NCBI GenBank assembly: GCA_000166095.1
Contig: CP002278.1
Location: 60,001 to 92,000, forward strand
Source of the DNA: Methanothermus fervidus DSM 2088
GTDB taxonomy: Archaea > Methanobacteriota > Methanobacteria > DSM-2088 > Methanothermaceae
DNA: 32,000 nt
Direction of reading: 5' to 3'
Below are positions 1-9,705 of the stretch, piece after piece. Made by a program: the position numbers and the translations under genes. A model generated the notes under the pieces. The model was not told the origin of the DNA. It did not search any database and saw only the letters and a program-made list of their open reading frames with translations. Every line of letters starts with the position of its first letter. Position 1 is the first letter of the stretch.

Positions 1-184
1 AATAAAGTTCTGCATCCACATTGATATCTAATGTTTTTCCATGTTTAACATCAACATTTATTTGAAAATCAAGAATTTCTTTTTTAGGAACTTTTTTCAT
101 TATATAACCCTGCACAGAATCTGAAATAAATTCTGCAATCTTCTCTATTTCTTTGTTACTGATTTTTAATTTTCGGTGTTCCAT
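1..184 (-). CDS. Partial CDS (C-terminus beyond window), small protein resembling the archaeal DUF3194 family
   Basis: Minus-strand ATG at 184..182, open to the window edge: MEHRKLKISNKEIEKIAEFISDSVQGYIMKKVPKKEILDFQINVDVKHGKTLDINVDAELY. Family call is from memory of the sequence pattern. Confidence 0.5.
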   Translation of the reverse strand, partial: MEHRKLKISNKEIEKIAEFISDSVQGYIMKKVPKKEILDFQINVDVKHGKTLDINVDAELY

Positions 185-194
185 GTTTTAAAAT

Positions 195-992
195 TTATTT
201 TTCCTTAGTAATATGTGTAATTATAAATAATATAGCTAATACTAAAACTATTGTTGCTCCAGAAGACAAGTTAAGTAAGTATGATAGTTCTAGTCCGATA
301 AGTGAAGAAATTATTGCAATAAAGGCTGCTATTTTCATCATTGATTCTATTCTTGAAGTATATTTCTTACCTATTGCTGCAGGAATCGTTAGTAGTGCTA
401 TCGTTAAAATTATACCCATAGCTTTTATAATCATTATTATGCTTATTGCCACAAGGTTCAAAAGAAATAAATAAAATATTGTTGTAGGAACTCCCAAAGC
501 TTCTGCATATTCTTCATCAAAAGATATAGCTGTAAATTCTTTATTAAATAAAAAGACAGTTGTTAAAATTATTGTATCAAGTATTGTCATTAAAATTAAG
601 TCTGATTTACTAATCATTAAAATATTTCCAAAAAGATATGTAAAGAGTCCTGATACATAACCGGGTGTTAAATTTACAAATAATATTCCAATTGCCATTC
701 CAACTGCCCATAATATCCCAATTACGACATCTTCACTAACATCGCTTTTTTCAACAATTATGCCCATCATTGTTGCTAATACTGAAGTAAAAGGTAAAGA
801 AGTTAATATTGGATTTAAATTTAAAAAATAACCCAGCCCAATTCCTCCAAATGCTGCATGTGATATTCCACCAGCAATAAAAACTATCCTTTTAACAACT
901 ACATAAGTTCCTATAATTCCACATGCGATTCCAGCTAAAAATGCACCAATTATTGCATTTTGCATAAATTGACATTGTATGACACTGAACAT
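195..992 (-). CDS. znuB: Metal (Zn/Mn-type, ABC-3 family) ABC transporter permease
   Basis: 265 aa hydrophobic protein with ABC-3 permease style motifs (FVVGILWAxG-like, ALLTIPAAIGKKYTSR); contiguous with an ATPase and a binding protein. Confidence 0.85.
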   Translation of the reverse strand: MFSVIQCQFMQNAIIGAFLAGIACGIIGTYVVVKRIVFIAGGISHAAFGGIGLGYFLNLNPILTSLPFTSVLATMMGIIVEKSDVSEDVVIGILWAVGMAIGILFVNLTPGYVSGLFTYLFGNILMISKSDLILMTILDTIILTTVFLFNKEFTAISFDEEYAEALGVPTTIFYLFLLNLVAISIIMIIKAMGIILTIALLTIPAAIGKKYTSRIESMMKIAAFIAIISSLIGLELSYLLNLSSGATIVLVLAILFIITHITKEK

Positions 993-1004
993 CTTATATA
1001 CCGC

Positions 1005-1754
1005 CTAATGTTTTTTGGAAATTTCATGAGGAACTTCATGAAAAACAATGTTAACAGGGCACTTGTAAAGTTCTTCAATACTTTTTAATACTTCTTTAGG
1101 ATCATCATGTACGAAAATCCTTCTGTTGAGGCATGCAATTTTCTTAACATGTTTTGAAACTACACCCACATCATGAGAAACGAGTATTATCGTCATTTTT
1201 CTATTTATTTTATTTAATAACTTATAAAACGAATTTCTAGTTCCAGGATCAATACTAGCTGTTGGTTCATCTAATAACAATAATTTAGGTTCCCTAACAA
1301 GAGCTCTAGCTAGAAATACTCTTTGTATTTGTCCACCAGATAAATCGTTTATATTTTTGTCTCTTAAGTTCCATACACCTAATTTTTTAAGCCATTTTTC
1401 TACAGTTTTAATATCTTTTTCTGAATATCTTTTTAAAGGACCAGGATAACGACCCATTAGTACAGTTTCAAAAACTGTTATTGGGAAATCATAATTATAA
1501 TGAGTAATTTGAGGCATATAACCAATATTTTTTCTTGCTAATTCAGGTGGCTTGCCAAATACTTTTACAACGCCTTTACATGGTTTTATTAGTCCTACTA
1601 TTAATTTTAATAAAGTTGTTTTTCCACCACCATTAGGTCCAATTATTGCTAAAAAATCATTTTTTTCTACCTTTAAATTTATATTTTCTAGCACGATTTT
1701 ACCACTAATCTCATAATACACATTTTTCATCTCTACTACTGTTGAATTATTCAT
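1005..1754 (-). CDS. znuC: Metal ABC transporter ATP-binding protein
   Basis: Walker A GPNGGGKTTLL, signature LSGGQIQRVFLARAL, Walker B LLLLDEPTASID, H-loop SHDVG. Confidence 0.9.
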   Translation of the reverse strand: MNNSTVVEMKNVYYEISGKIVLENINLKVEKNDFLAIIGPNGGGKTTLLKLIVGLIKPCKGVVKVFGKPPELARKNIGYMPQITHYNYDFPITVFETVLMGRYPGPLKRYSEKDIKTVEKWLKKLGVWNLRDKNINDLSGGQIQRVFLARALVREPKLLLLDEPTASIDPGTRNSFYKLLNKINRKMTIILVSHDVGVVSKHVKKIACLNRRIFVHDDPKEVLKSIEELYKCPVNIVFHEVPHEISKKH

Positions 1755-2613
1755 GTTTTAATGCCTCTAAAACTTTGTACATATTTTCTACATAATTTTC
1801 TGCTAAAGGGTCTATAACAATAATTTTAGCTCCAATTTCTTTTGCTATAACTTTAGAATTTTCTTTGTTTGTTAATGGTGTAATAAAGATTGTCTTTATT
1901 TGGTATCTTTTCGCTTCATTTATTATTTCTTTAATAGTTTCCGGATTAGGTTCTTTTCCTTCTTTTTCAATAGCTATTTGCTTTAATCCATAATCGTGAC
2001 ATAAATATCCCCATGCAGGATGGTAAACTAGTATATATTTATTTTTCCTATGCGAAAGTGTTTCCGAGAATTCATTATCTAATTTTTTTAATTCAGAAAC
2101 ATATCTATCCTTATTTCTTTCATAATAATTTTTGTTGGATGGATCAATTTTTGATAAGGTAGTATAAATATTTTCAACAATTTTTATTGCATTTTTTGGA
2201 GAATTCCAAACATGAGGATCAGTGCCTTCGCTACTTGGTAATAGTTTTATACCTTCAGAACAATTAACAATTAATATATGAGGGTTTATTGATTTTATAT
2301 TCTCCATCCATTTTTTTTCAAATTCTATCCCAGAACCTATTTCAAAGTACACTTTAGCATTTTTAAGTTTTTCCAATGTCTCAGGATTAGGTTCGTAGGT
2401 GTGAGGATCAGCACCTTTTGGAACCATGACAATAACTTGAACTTTATCGCCAGCTATTTTTTCTATAAATTCTTTTTCAGGAGGAATAGTCGCTGCCACT
2501 ATTATTTTGTTTGATGTTTCTTTTTTTACAGGTGTGAAAACAATTATCAACAAAGTTATTATCAATAATATAGATGCCAATGTCAATCTTCTTGCACTCA
2601 TTGTTCCACCCAA
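1747..2613 (-). CDS. znuA: Metal ABC transporter substrate-binding protein (ZnuA/TroA-like)
   Basis: N-terminal hydrophobic signal/anchor; PKGADPHTYEPNP and DPHVWNSPKNA metal-ligand motifs; HPAWGYLCHDYGL. 8-nt overlap with the ATPase gene. Confidence 0.88.
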   Translation of the reverse strand: MGGTMSARRLTLASILLIITLLIIVFTPVKKETSNKIIVAATIPPEKEFIEKIAGDKVQVIVMVPKGADPHTYEPNPETLEKLKNAKVYFEIGSGIEFEKKWMENIKSINPHILIVNCSEGIKLLPSSEGTDPHVWNSPKNAIKIVENIYTTLSKIDPSNKNYYERNKDRYVSELKKLDNEFSETLSHRKNKYILVYHPAWGYLCHDYGLKQIAIEKEGKEPNPETIKEIINEAKRYQIKTIFITPLTNKENSKVIAKEIGAKIIVIDPLAENYVENMYKVLEALKHE

Positions 2614-2717
2614 TTATTAGTATTAAACAAATTACATATTAATTTTTACTAAAAATTTTTGGATATGTTATTAATAATTATAAAAAATTTTATAAAGTAT
2701 ATATTAACAAAATTAAT

Positions 2718-3098
2718 TTGATGAAAATTATCAGCATTTCTGTTAATAAAAAGTTTTTAGAAAAAATTGATAGGACTTGGGAAGAATTAGGGTTTTCAGG
2801 GAGATCAGAATTCATAAGAGCCGCTGTACGAAAAATGATAGATGAAAGTAAATATAAATTTCAAGATAAAATCATCAATGTTGTTCTGCTTCTAGTTCAT
2901 AATAGGAGATTTGAAAAAGAGATATCGGATGTTGCACATAAATACAATGGATTAATAACTACACAGATACATAGTCACGTCGGAAATAAAGATTGTTTAG
3001 AAGTTTTTATAGTTAGAGGGAGAAGTAAGGAGATAAAAGAAATGATCCATAAATTCAGACAATATAAACTAAAGCGCTTGGAGTTAGTAACATTGTGA
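2718..3098 (+). CDS. nikR: NikR-family ribbon-helix-helix metal-responsive regulator
   Basis: N-terminal RHH (ISVNKKFLEKIDRTWEELGFSGRSEFIRAAVRKMI) and ACT-like C-terminal domain with H-x-H-x5-C (IHSHVGNKDCLEV), matching the E. coli NikR His87/His89/Cys95 pattern. Confidence 0.85.
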   Translation: MMKIISISVNKKFLEKIDRTWEELGFSGRSEFIRAAVRKMIDESKYKFQDKIINVVLLLVHNRRFEKEISDVAHKYNGLITTQIHSHVGNKDCLEVFIVRGRSKEIKEMIHKFRQYKLKRLELVTL

Positions 3099-3099
3099 A

Positions 3100-3900
3100 T
3101 TAAATCATGTCAATATTTATGCCTCCAAGACCCACTTTATTTACAACTTCAACACCATTTTTTGAAAGTGTGTAACTTTTTGTCTCTAATTCTAAATGAT
3201 TTGTAGTATTTTCCAAAATAACAGCGTTTTTAGTGTTAGCATTAAAAGATATTCCACCAGAATCAACATCTGAAATAATTCGTATAGGTGATAACGAATT
3301 TAGTAACATAGAGACGCCGCCAATTGTAACGTTTGTATTTATTGATCCATTGTAGAGAAGTCCAGTGTTTAAAATGTTAAATCCACCAGTATTGACATTT
3401 AATTTTATGTTTTTAAATACTACATCTTGAATCTTAAGTTTTCCTCCGCCAAAGTAATTTATATTTACATTAAGCATGTCTATTTTTGAGTTATTTCCAA
3501 GAGTTATTTCAACTCCTCCGACTTTATCATTAATTGTTATATTGTAAATATATTTATTTGAAAGAAAAACAGAAGTAGAACCTTTATTTAGCTTTAGTTT
3601 TACATTCAGAGTATCACCGTAGATTGTATAATTAAAAACAGGATTTGTTTTTATGTTATGTCCAACATTAAAATTACATATTTCATTTGTTGAATTTTCA
3701 AATGATAGCTTTACACCACTTGTGTTTGATTCAATAGTAATATTAACATATTTTACTCCGGGAAATTCACTTTCTTTCAATTTAAAATTTTTTGTAATGT
3801 TTTCATCTTCTTTTTTATTGATGAAAGCTAATGCCCCAACTAAAAAACCAGATACAAATATTACAAAAATTATAATACTAAAAATTCTTTTTAAATCCAT
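3100..3900 (-). CDS. Membrane-anchored extracytoplasmic protein with repeated GG-x-hydrophobic beta motifs (DUF4097/adhesin-like)
   Basis: One N-terminal TM segment, then repeats GGVEITL, GGGKLKI, GGFNIL, GGVSMLL, GGISFNA, GGINIDMI. Confidence 0.55.
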   Translation of the reverse strand: MDLKRIFSIIIFVIFVSGFLVGALAFINKKEDENITKNFKLKESEFPGVKYVNITIESNTSGVKLSFENSTNEICNFNVGHNIKTNPVFNYTIYGDTLNVKLKLNKGSTSVFLSNKYIYNITINDKVGGVEITLGNNSKIDMLNVNINYFGGGKLKIQDVVFKNIKLNVNTGGFNILNTGLLYNGSINTNVTIGGVSMLLNSLSPIRIISDVDSGGISFNANTKNAVILENTTNHLELETKSYTLSKNGVEVVNKVGLGGINIDMI

Positions 3901-4457
3901 AAAAGTGCCTCCACAAACATTGTTATCATAGATATTACAAGTATAGGTACTCCAAATACAGATAAAAACGATTTTCCTAAACCTATATTATGTACAGTGT
4001 CTATAGCAACAGTTGCTATAAAAAGAGACCAGAGGTACATCAAGGCAAAGAGTAGTGTAGATGTAAAAAATGCTTTAAAAACTATGATAATTGTAATTGC
4101 AAAAATTCCTAATATATATGGAGCAGCTGAAAAACCTAGAAATTTAAGAGTATCATCAAATTTTCCTTTACCTCCAAAACAGAAAACTGCTACTGTATGT
4201 GAAATTAAAGACCAAATTAGTAATATTAGAAATCCTAAAATTAAAAACACCAATGCAAAAAATATTTGAAATATAATAACAACGCCTGTTAATCTTGATA
4301 ATATTCCACCAAACATGAAACCAAGAAAAGCAAACATGAATAAATATATTATTAGTCCATGATCATCTTTTCCTTTTTGTTTCATAGTTTTTAATGTATC
4401 TCTTGGATAAACAAGAATATCTAACAATTCTTCAGAAAAATCCATTATTCTTTTCAA
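3891..4457 (-). CDS. Yip1-domain-like multispanning membrane protein
   Basis: 188 aa with about 5 hydrophobic helices; Yip1-like architecture (LLDILVYPRDTLKTMK... HTVAVFCFGGKGKFDDTLKFLGFSAAPYILG). Start overlaps the downstream gene by 10 nt. Confidence 0.6.
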   Translation of the reverse strand: MKRIMDFSEELLDILVYPRDTLKTMKQKGKDDHGLIIYLFMFAFLGFMFGGILSRLTGVVIIFQIFFALVFLILGFLILLIWSLISHTVAVFCFGGKGKFDDTLKFLGFSAAPYILGIFAITIIIVFKAFFTSTLLFALMYLWSLFIATVAIDTVHNIGLGKSFLSVFGVPILVISMITMFVEALLWI

Positions 4458-4733
4458 GTCTGACCACCAAACCTTATATATTTCTCAAAGGTTATATATA
4501 GTTAACACAGGATTTCGTAAAGTTATGATAACAAAAAGAATTTTTTGTTGTTAGATATATTGTTTAAGTGAACTATTCCTCACTTTTGCTTCATCAATAG
4601 AACTTACCCAAGACCATCTCTCTTATAAAAATATTCCAAATGTTTTTTCTCAACAGATGTCAGAGTACTCATTCCTCAACGGTACGCTGATATATAACCC
4701 TTTAACTTATTTCCATAGTTTAATCCTTCGATG

Positions 4734-4904
4734 CTCTTGGATTTACCACCTAAATACAGCTTTTTAGCTTTGTATTAGTAAGTGAAGAAATTTACTCAAG
4801 CACCAAATTTTTAAGTAAATTCTCACGTTAATTGGTTTTGAATATAAAATAGTTTTCAACTCTCCCTACGCTTTTGTAGGAGATTTCTCACAGATAGAGT
4901 TAAA
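4734..4904. repeat. Dispersed noncoding element, copy A
   Basis: Shares CTYTTGGATTTAC...TTTTAGCTTTGTATTARTAAGTGAAGRAATTTAC and TTTTCARCTCTC...GGAGATTTCTCRC.GATAGARTT with 19617-19824. Confidence 0.6.
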
Positions 4905-4972
4905 CACGAAAATTTAAATTTAATATTTTTTATTTTTATATCAATTAATAAATTAGATTTTTGGGTGAAGAA

Positions 4973-6034
4973 ATGAAAATTACATATGAAGATACAAAAA
5001 AGAATATTATAGAGTTGATACCTGAAACACTTGATGATTTATGGCATCTTTCACATATTATAAAGAAAGGAGACTTAGTTTCTGCAGTGACAACAAGAAG
5101 AATACAAGACAAAAGTGGTGAAAGAATTAGAAGTGATAGAGGAATAAAAAAGACATTTCGACTTACAGTTAGAGTGGAGTCTGTCAAATTCCATAAATAT
5201 ACTGGTAGATTGAGGGTTACTGGTGTGATAGAAAAAGGTCCTGAAGATATAGTACCTCTTGGATCATACCACACATTAGAAGTAAAGTTAAACAAAAAGA
5301 TATGTATAAAAAAAGAAGAATGGCCTAAGTGGGCTATAGATAGACTAAAAGATGCTATAAATGCTTCAAAAGAGTTAAATGCAATTATATTATTAATAGA
5401 AGAGAATTCTGCAGAGTTAGGCTTATTAAGACAATATGGTATTGAGTATTATGGTCCCATCACTGGCAATATCTCTGGAAAAAGAATAAAAGATAAAACA
5501 AGGGATAAAAAAATAATTGAATTTTATGAAAAAATCATAAGTAGTTTAAAAAAGTTTAAAGATGTAGGAACTATAATAATTGCTGGTCCTGGTTTTGCCA
5601 AAGATGATTTTTATGCCTATTTAAAAGATAAATATCCAAAAATTTCAAAAATATCTATTGTTGAAAGTGCTGGAAGTGGTGGAAGGACAGGTATCCAAGA
5701 AGTACTTAGAAAAGGCACTGTAGAAAAGGTTCTCGAAAAACACAGGGTTGCCCGAGAAACAAGGGAAGTAAATAAAATTCTAGAAAAAATAACTAAGTCT
5801 CCATCATTAGTTGTTTATGGAAAAGATCATGTTATTGAAGCTGCAAATCTGGGTGCTATAAAAAAGCTTTTAGTTCTTGATACCTTATTACATGATGAAA
5901 AAATAGAATCCTTAGTAAAAGAAGTAGAAAAAATGCGAGGCGAAGTCATAGTAATAAGTAGTGAACATGAAAGTGGTAAACAATTGAAATCAATAGGTGG
6001 ATTGGCAGCTCATTTAAGATTTAAAGTAAAGTGA
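4973..6034 (+). CDS. pelA: mRNA surveillance protein pelota
   Basis: MKITYEDTKKNIIELIPETLDDLWHLSHIIKKGDLVSAVTTRRI..., GLLRQYGIEYYGPITG, ESAGSGGRTGIQEVL. The track start at 4961 is TTG; I prefer ATG 4973 preceded by GGGTG. Confidence 0.93.
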   Translation: MKITYEDTKKNIIELIPETLDDLWHLSHIIKKGDLVSAVTTRRIQDKSGERIRSDRGIKKTFRLTVRVESVKFHKYTGRLRVTGVIEKGPEDIVPLGSYHTLEVKLNKKICIKKEEWPKWAIDRLKDAINASKELNAIILLIEENSAELGLLRQYGIEYYGPITGNISGKRIKDKTRDKKIIEFYEKIISSLKKFKDVGTIIIAGPGFAKDDFYAYLKDKYPKISKISIVESAGSGGRTGIQEVLRKGTVEKVLEKHRVARETREVNKILEKITKSPSLVVYGKDHVIEAANLGAIKKLLVLDTLLHDEKIESLVKEVEKMRGEVIVISSEHESGKQLKSIGGLAAHLRFKVK

Positions 6035-6038
6035 TAGC

Positions 6039-6896
6039 ATGTTGAAAATAATCTTTGCTATTATCTTAACTTCTATATTAACTTTGTTACTCAATTTTTT
6101 GTTAAGAAAGCTAAAACCAAAAAATCTCTTTAAAAAAATTAGAGGTGGAATTCCAAGAGGAGTAGGAGCAGCGCCTTTTATAACTTTAGTTTTTTTCACA
6201 CCCCACCCTTATAATTTATTTATATTTATAATTGGCATTTCTGCATTTTTAGATGATATAATTGGAAGGGTGAAAATCAATAAATTGGGAATTGAGTGGG
6301 GACAGCTATCACGAGGAATAGGGATGTTAACTATTGCAATTCTAGGATATTCTTATTTTGGAATTGCAAGTTTCTTAATAGCTTTCATGGTTCAACCTCT
6401 AAATATAGCTGACATGCAACCAGGAAAAGCTTGTACAACAATAATCACCATGGCATCAATTGTTTTAATTATGATGATTTTTAAAGGACAAAATTATTAT
6501 TTGCCTCTACTTTTACTTGTAGTAACGTTGGCATATTCTCCACTAGATTATAAAGGTAAAATAATGATGGGAGAGATTGGAAACCATTCTTTTGCTGTGG
6601 CATTGGGGATATGTTTTTATCTTCTTGGCGGACCTCTAACAGTATTAATATTTTTATTTTTAACTTCAGCTTTTATTGCATTTATAAGAAGGAAATATCT
6701 GGAGAAATATTTAGAGGAAAAATTAGGAATAAAAAATCCTACATTTGGTGACTATTTTATGGATGTGATGACTGGAGGTGGATTGGGAGATTTTATTAGG
6801 AGATTAATTCTAGGTAAAAGACAAATTAAAGTTAAAAATCCAGTTTTAATATTTTTAGGGTTTAGAAGACTACTATACAATAAGGTGGTTAAATGA
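6039..6896 (+). CDS. MraY-like (glycosyltransferase family 4-like) membrane protein
   Basis: Multi-TM protein with RGGIPRGVGAAP, DDIIGR, QPLNIADMQPGKACTTI and acidic motifs typical of polyprenyl-phosphate phosphoglycosyltransferases; overlaps a MurG-like gene. Confidence 0.6.
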   Translation: MLKIIFAIILTSILTLLLNFLLRKLKPKNLFKKIRGGIPRGVGAAPFITLVFFTPHPYNLFIFIIGISAFLDDIIGRVKINKLGIEWGQLSRGIGMLTIAILGYSYFGIASFLIAFMVQPLNIADMQPGKACTTIITMASIVLIMMIFKGQNYYLPLLLLVVTLAYSPLDYKGKIMMGEIGNHSFAVALGICFYLLGGPLTVLIFLFLTSAFIAFIRRKYLEKYLEEKLGIKNPTFGDYFMDVMTGGGLGDFIRRLILGKRQIKVKNPVLIFLGFRRLLYNKVVK

Positions 6897-7927
6897 AGGC
6901 ACTTATAACAATCACAGGACGAGGAATTGGTGGCGATACAGTCACTGCATTAAATATTGCAAAATCACTTGAAAAAAGAGGCGTTAAATGTGAATATGCA
7001 CTTGACCATAAAGCTCCAGGGTTCTTATTTCGAAAAATGAATATAAAATGGCATAAAGTAACTATTCCTCAAGCAGGTGGACATGCAGCTACAAAAATGA
7101 GGATAATAAGGGCAGCTTTACTATCCATAAAAGGGGTTGCTGAAACATGGCATTTGATAAAAAAAATTAATCCTGATGTTGTTGTTGGTGTAATTGGAGG
7201 TGGAGCAATTATAGGTTGTACTGCTGCAAAATTAGCTAGAGTTCCTGCGGTAGGAATCCTCATAACACCCTTAGACGGTATGATATGCACAAAATTAAAT
7301 CCATGTATAGCATTGCCAGAATCTAACCTTTATTTTGAAAAAAGAAAAAATCTTTATAAGTCATATTCACCAATAGATCCAGAAATAATTAAAGGTAGTT
7401 ATGAAAGAGCCATTAAAAGAATGCCTAGTGGATTTAAAGAAAATAAAAAAACTATATTATTTTCGTCAGGTTCTTCTCTTTTTGAAAAAATGGCTATAGC
7501 AGCTGAAAAAATATCTAAATTATTATCTGACTACAACATTGTAGTAACTGGGCATCCTCTAAGCAACGACATCCTTAAGCATCTGAATAACACAATATAT
7601 CTAGGCTATGTTGACTGGATGAAAGATCTTTATAAAATTGTAGATTTAGCAATTCTTTCAGATGATGGTGTGATGGTACATGAAGCTATAGCTTGTAAAA
7701 TTCCAACTGTAGCATTGAAAGGAGTTAAATATGGTAGAGAACACAATATGGCAAAGGTTTTCCCAGACGCTGTAATAGAAAGTTATGTGAATGAAATAGA
7801 AATGAAAGTTGAAGAAGCTTTATCAAAATTAGATTCAATGAAAAAAGCCGCAAGTAAATATAGTAAAGAAATTTTAAGGGCTGGAGATAAAATTGCTGAT
7901 ATAATATTAAACCATGTTAAAAAATAA
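6893..7927 (+). CDS. MurG-like glycosyltransferase
   Basis: MKALITITGRGIGGDTVTALNIAKSLEKRG...VVVGVIGGGAIIGCTAAKLARVPAVG...ILFSSGSS...ILSDDGVMVHEAIACKIPTVALKG; 4-nt overlap with upstream gene. Confidence 0.7.
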   Translation: MKALITITGRGIGGDTVTALNIAKSLEKRGVKCEYALDHKAPGFLFRKMNIKWHKVTIPQAGGHAATKMRIIRAALLSIKGVAETWHLIKKINPDVVVGVIGGGAIIGCTAAKLARVPAVGILITPLDGMICTKLNPCIALPESNLYFEKRKNLYKSYSPIDPEIIKGSYERAIKRMPSGFKENKKTILFSSGSSLFEKMAIAAEKISKLLSDYNIVVTGHPLSNDILKHLNNTIYLGYVDWMKDLYKIVDLAILSDDGVMVHEAIACKIPTVALKGVKYGREHNMAKVFPDAVIESYVNEIEMKVEEALSKLDSMKKAASKYSKEILRAGDKIADIILNHVKK

Positions 7928-7947
7928 AAATTATCTGGGGGTTTTCA

Positions 7948-9705
7948 ATGTCAAAAAAATTATTACTAGGCATTGCATTAATTATTGTAATTCTCGGAAT
8001 AGGAATTTCAGTATATTTTTATCCTAAAATAGAGTTGCAAAAAAATACATCAAAGAAAATAGATCCTGTCGCAGAAGCAAGAAGATTTGATGTAAAAAAT
8101 GCAATGAATTTTACTTCAAAAATATGTAAGTTAGGTCCAAGATATGGCGGAAATAAGGCAGAACTTGAAGCTGCAAATTTATTAGAAAGTAAATTTAAAG
8201 AATATGGTTTGAATACATCTAAAGAAAAGGTTAACTTAGATGGTGGATATACTTACAATGTTATAGGTGAAATTAAAGGTTCAGAATATCCTAATAGGTA
8301 TATTATTATAGGATCACATATTGATTCTCCAGGATTTTGTGAAGGAGCTACAGATGATGCAGCTGCATTGGGAATACAAGTTGAAGTTGCAAGAATTTTA
8401 AAAGACTGCAATCCAAAAAAATCTATTTTGATAATTGGATTTGGTGGAGAAGAACAATGGTTCAAAGGTTCTGAATACTTTGTTAAAAAACATCCTGACA
8501 TCGTTAAAAATTGTGATGCAGTAATAGATTTAAACTGTGTTGGTTCTGGTGAAAATGTTGGATTGATAAAACATAGTTATTTACCTTCTCCTGTTGATGG
8601 AGATCCAAACTTAATAAATGTATTAAAGTCTTCTGCAGAAAAATTAAATCATGGTGTTATTGTCACAGAAACCACATATCCAAGTGACACATATCCTTTC
8701 TACAAAAAGAATGTTCCAGTGTGTCAGGTCATGAGTCAACCTTTTGGGGTTTCACCATGGAGTAGTGAAAATACCTTTGATAAGTTAAATTCAAATGATA
8801 TTAAAAAAATTGGTGAAACATTGGTTCTTGGAGTTTTAAACTTATCAAATATGAATTCTGTAAAACAAGTTAAAGCTTCTTATGTAACAACGTTTAAAGC
8901 ATCACTAGATGATGGATGTTCATCAATATTGCTTCATGTAAACAATACAGAAGATATATTTTCATATAGAAGGGATGCAAAATATAAAGCAAATATTTAT
9001 ATAGAAAAAGAAGAGGTTTTTGGTAAAAATAGAGTCATTGAATATAAAACTAATAATGGACGATTTTATCACTCGATAATTACAGAAGATGGTTGGATAG
9101 TTGGGATAGGTGGAAGAGATTCATCAGATATAAATGATGAATTGAGAACAATTGCGGAAACAATGATGGACAAGGGGATACAGCATAAATACCTAAAAGA
9201 GGCACTTGAAGTTTTAAAATCTAATGGTTGGGGACATCTATTTATAAAAGCCCCTGATAATACTGTCGGAGTTGTAATTTACGATTATAGGGCAAAACAA
9301 TCAAAAATTGATATTTTTAAAATTAAGAATAATGAATTTGTGGTAGTTCCTAATAATCCAAAATTTTATGTAAAAGGTAAATTTAAGGGAGATCCGATAT
9401 TTGATGCAATAGACATTGCACATAAAGATCCCTATGGAATACATAAACATGACATTATAACATATGACATTAATGGCACTAATTTAAAAATATTTGCATC
9501 TCAAGATGGTTTTCCTGACAATATTATCTATTTAGGTCATAAAATTCCCGGAAAATCATTGCCAAAAGCTCCTGAAAAGAAGATGCTTGGTGAGATTATA
9601 CTTAAAAGAGTTGTAAGAGAAAATAAAAATGATTTTTGGTGTTTTTTAATTAATATGTTTGAGGGGTTTTTTAGATGGTTGCAAAACGTATTATACCTTG
9701 TTTAG
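7948..9705 (+). CDS. Secreted or membrane-anchored M28-family zinc peptidase with C-terminal extension
   Basis: N-terminal TM; [47 protein letters not shown] metal-ligand pattern of M28; preceded by a purine-rich TCTGGGGG RBS-like run. Confidence 0.8.
   Translation: MSKKLLLGIALIIVILGIGISVYFYPKIELQKNTSKKIDPVAEARRFDVKNAMNFTSKICKLGPRYGGNKAELEAANLLESKFKEYGLNTSKEKVNLDGGYTYNVIGEIKGSEYPNRYIIIGSHIDSPGFCEGATDDAAALGIQVEVARILKDCNPKKSILIIGFGGEEQWFKGSEYFVKKHPDIVKNCDAVIDLNCVGSGENVGLIKHSYLPSPVDGDPNLINVLKSSAEKLNHGVIVTETTYPSDTYPFYKKNVPVCQVMSQPFGVSPWSSENTFDKLNSNDIKKIGETLVLGVLNLSNMNSVKQVKASYVTTFKASLDDGCSSILLHVNNTEDIFSYRRDAKYKANIYIEKEEVFGKNRVIEYKTNNGRFYHSIITEDGWIVGIGGRDSSDINDELRTIAETMMDKGIQHKYLKEALEVLKSNGWGHLFIKAPDNTVGVVIYDYRAKQSKIDIFKIKNNEFVVVPNNPKFYVKGKFKGDPIFDAIDIAHKDPYGIHKHDIITYDINGTNLKIFASQDGFPDNIIYLGHKIPGKSLPKAPEKKMLGEIILKRVVRENKNDFWCFLINMFEGFFRWLQNVLYLV

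Noticed and set aside
2661-2675. Short palindrome TTATTAATAA between znuA and nikR as a NikR operator
   Set aside because: Such AT palindromes are expected by chance in this composition and it does not resemble known NikR operators.
4597-4733. Possible decayed transposase fragment upstream of copy A
   Set aside because: I could not find a reading frame with recognisable transposase motifs on either strand, so only the shared noncoding blocks are reported.
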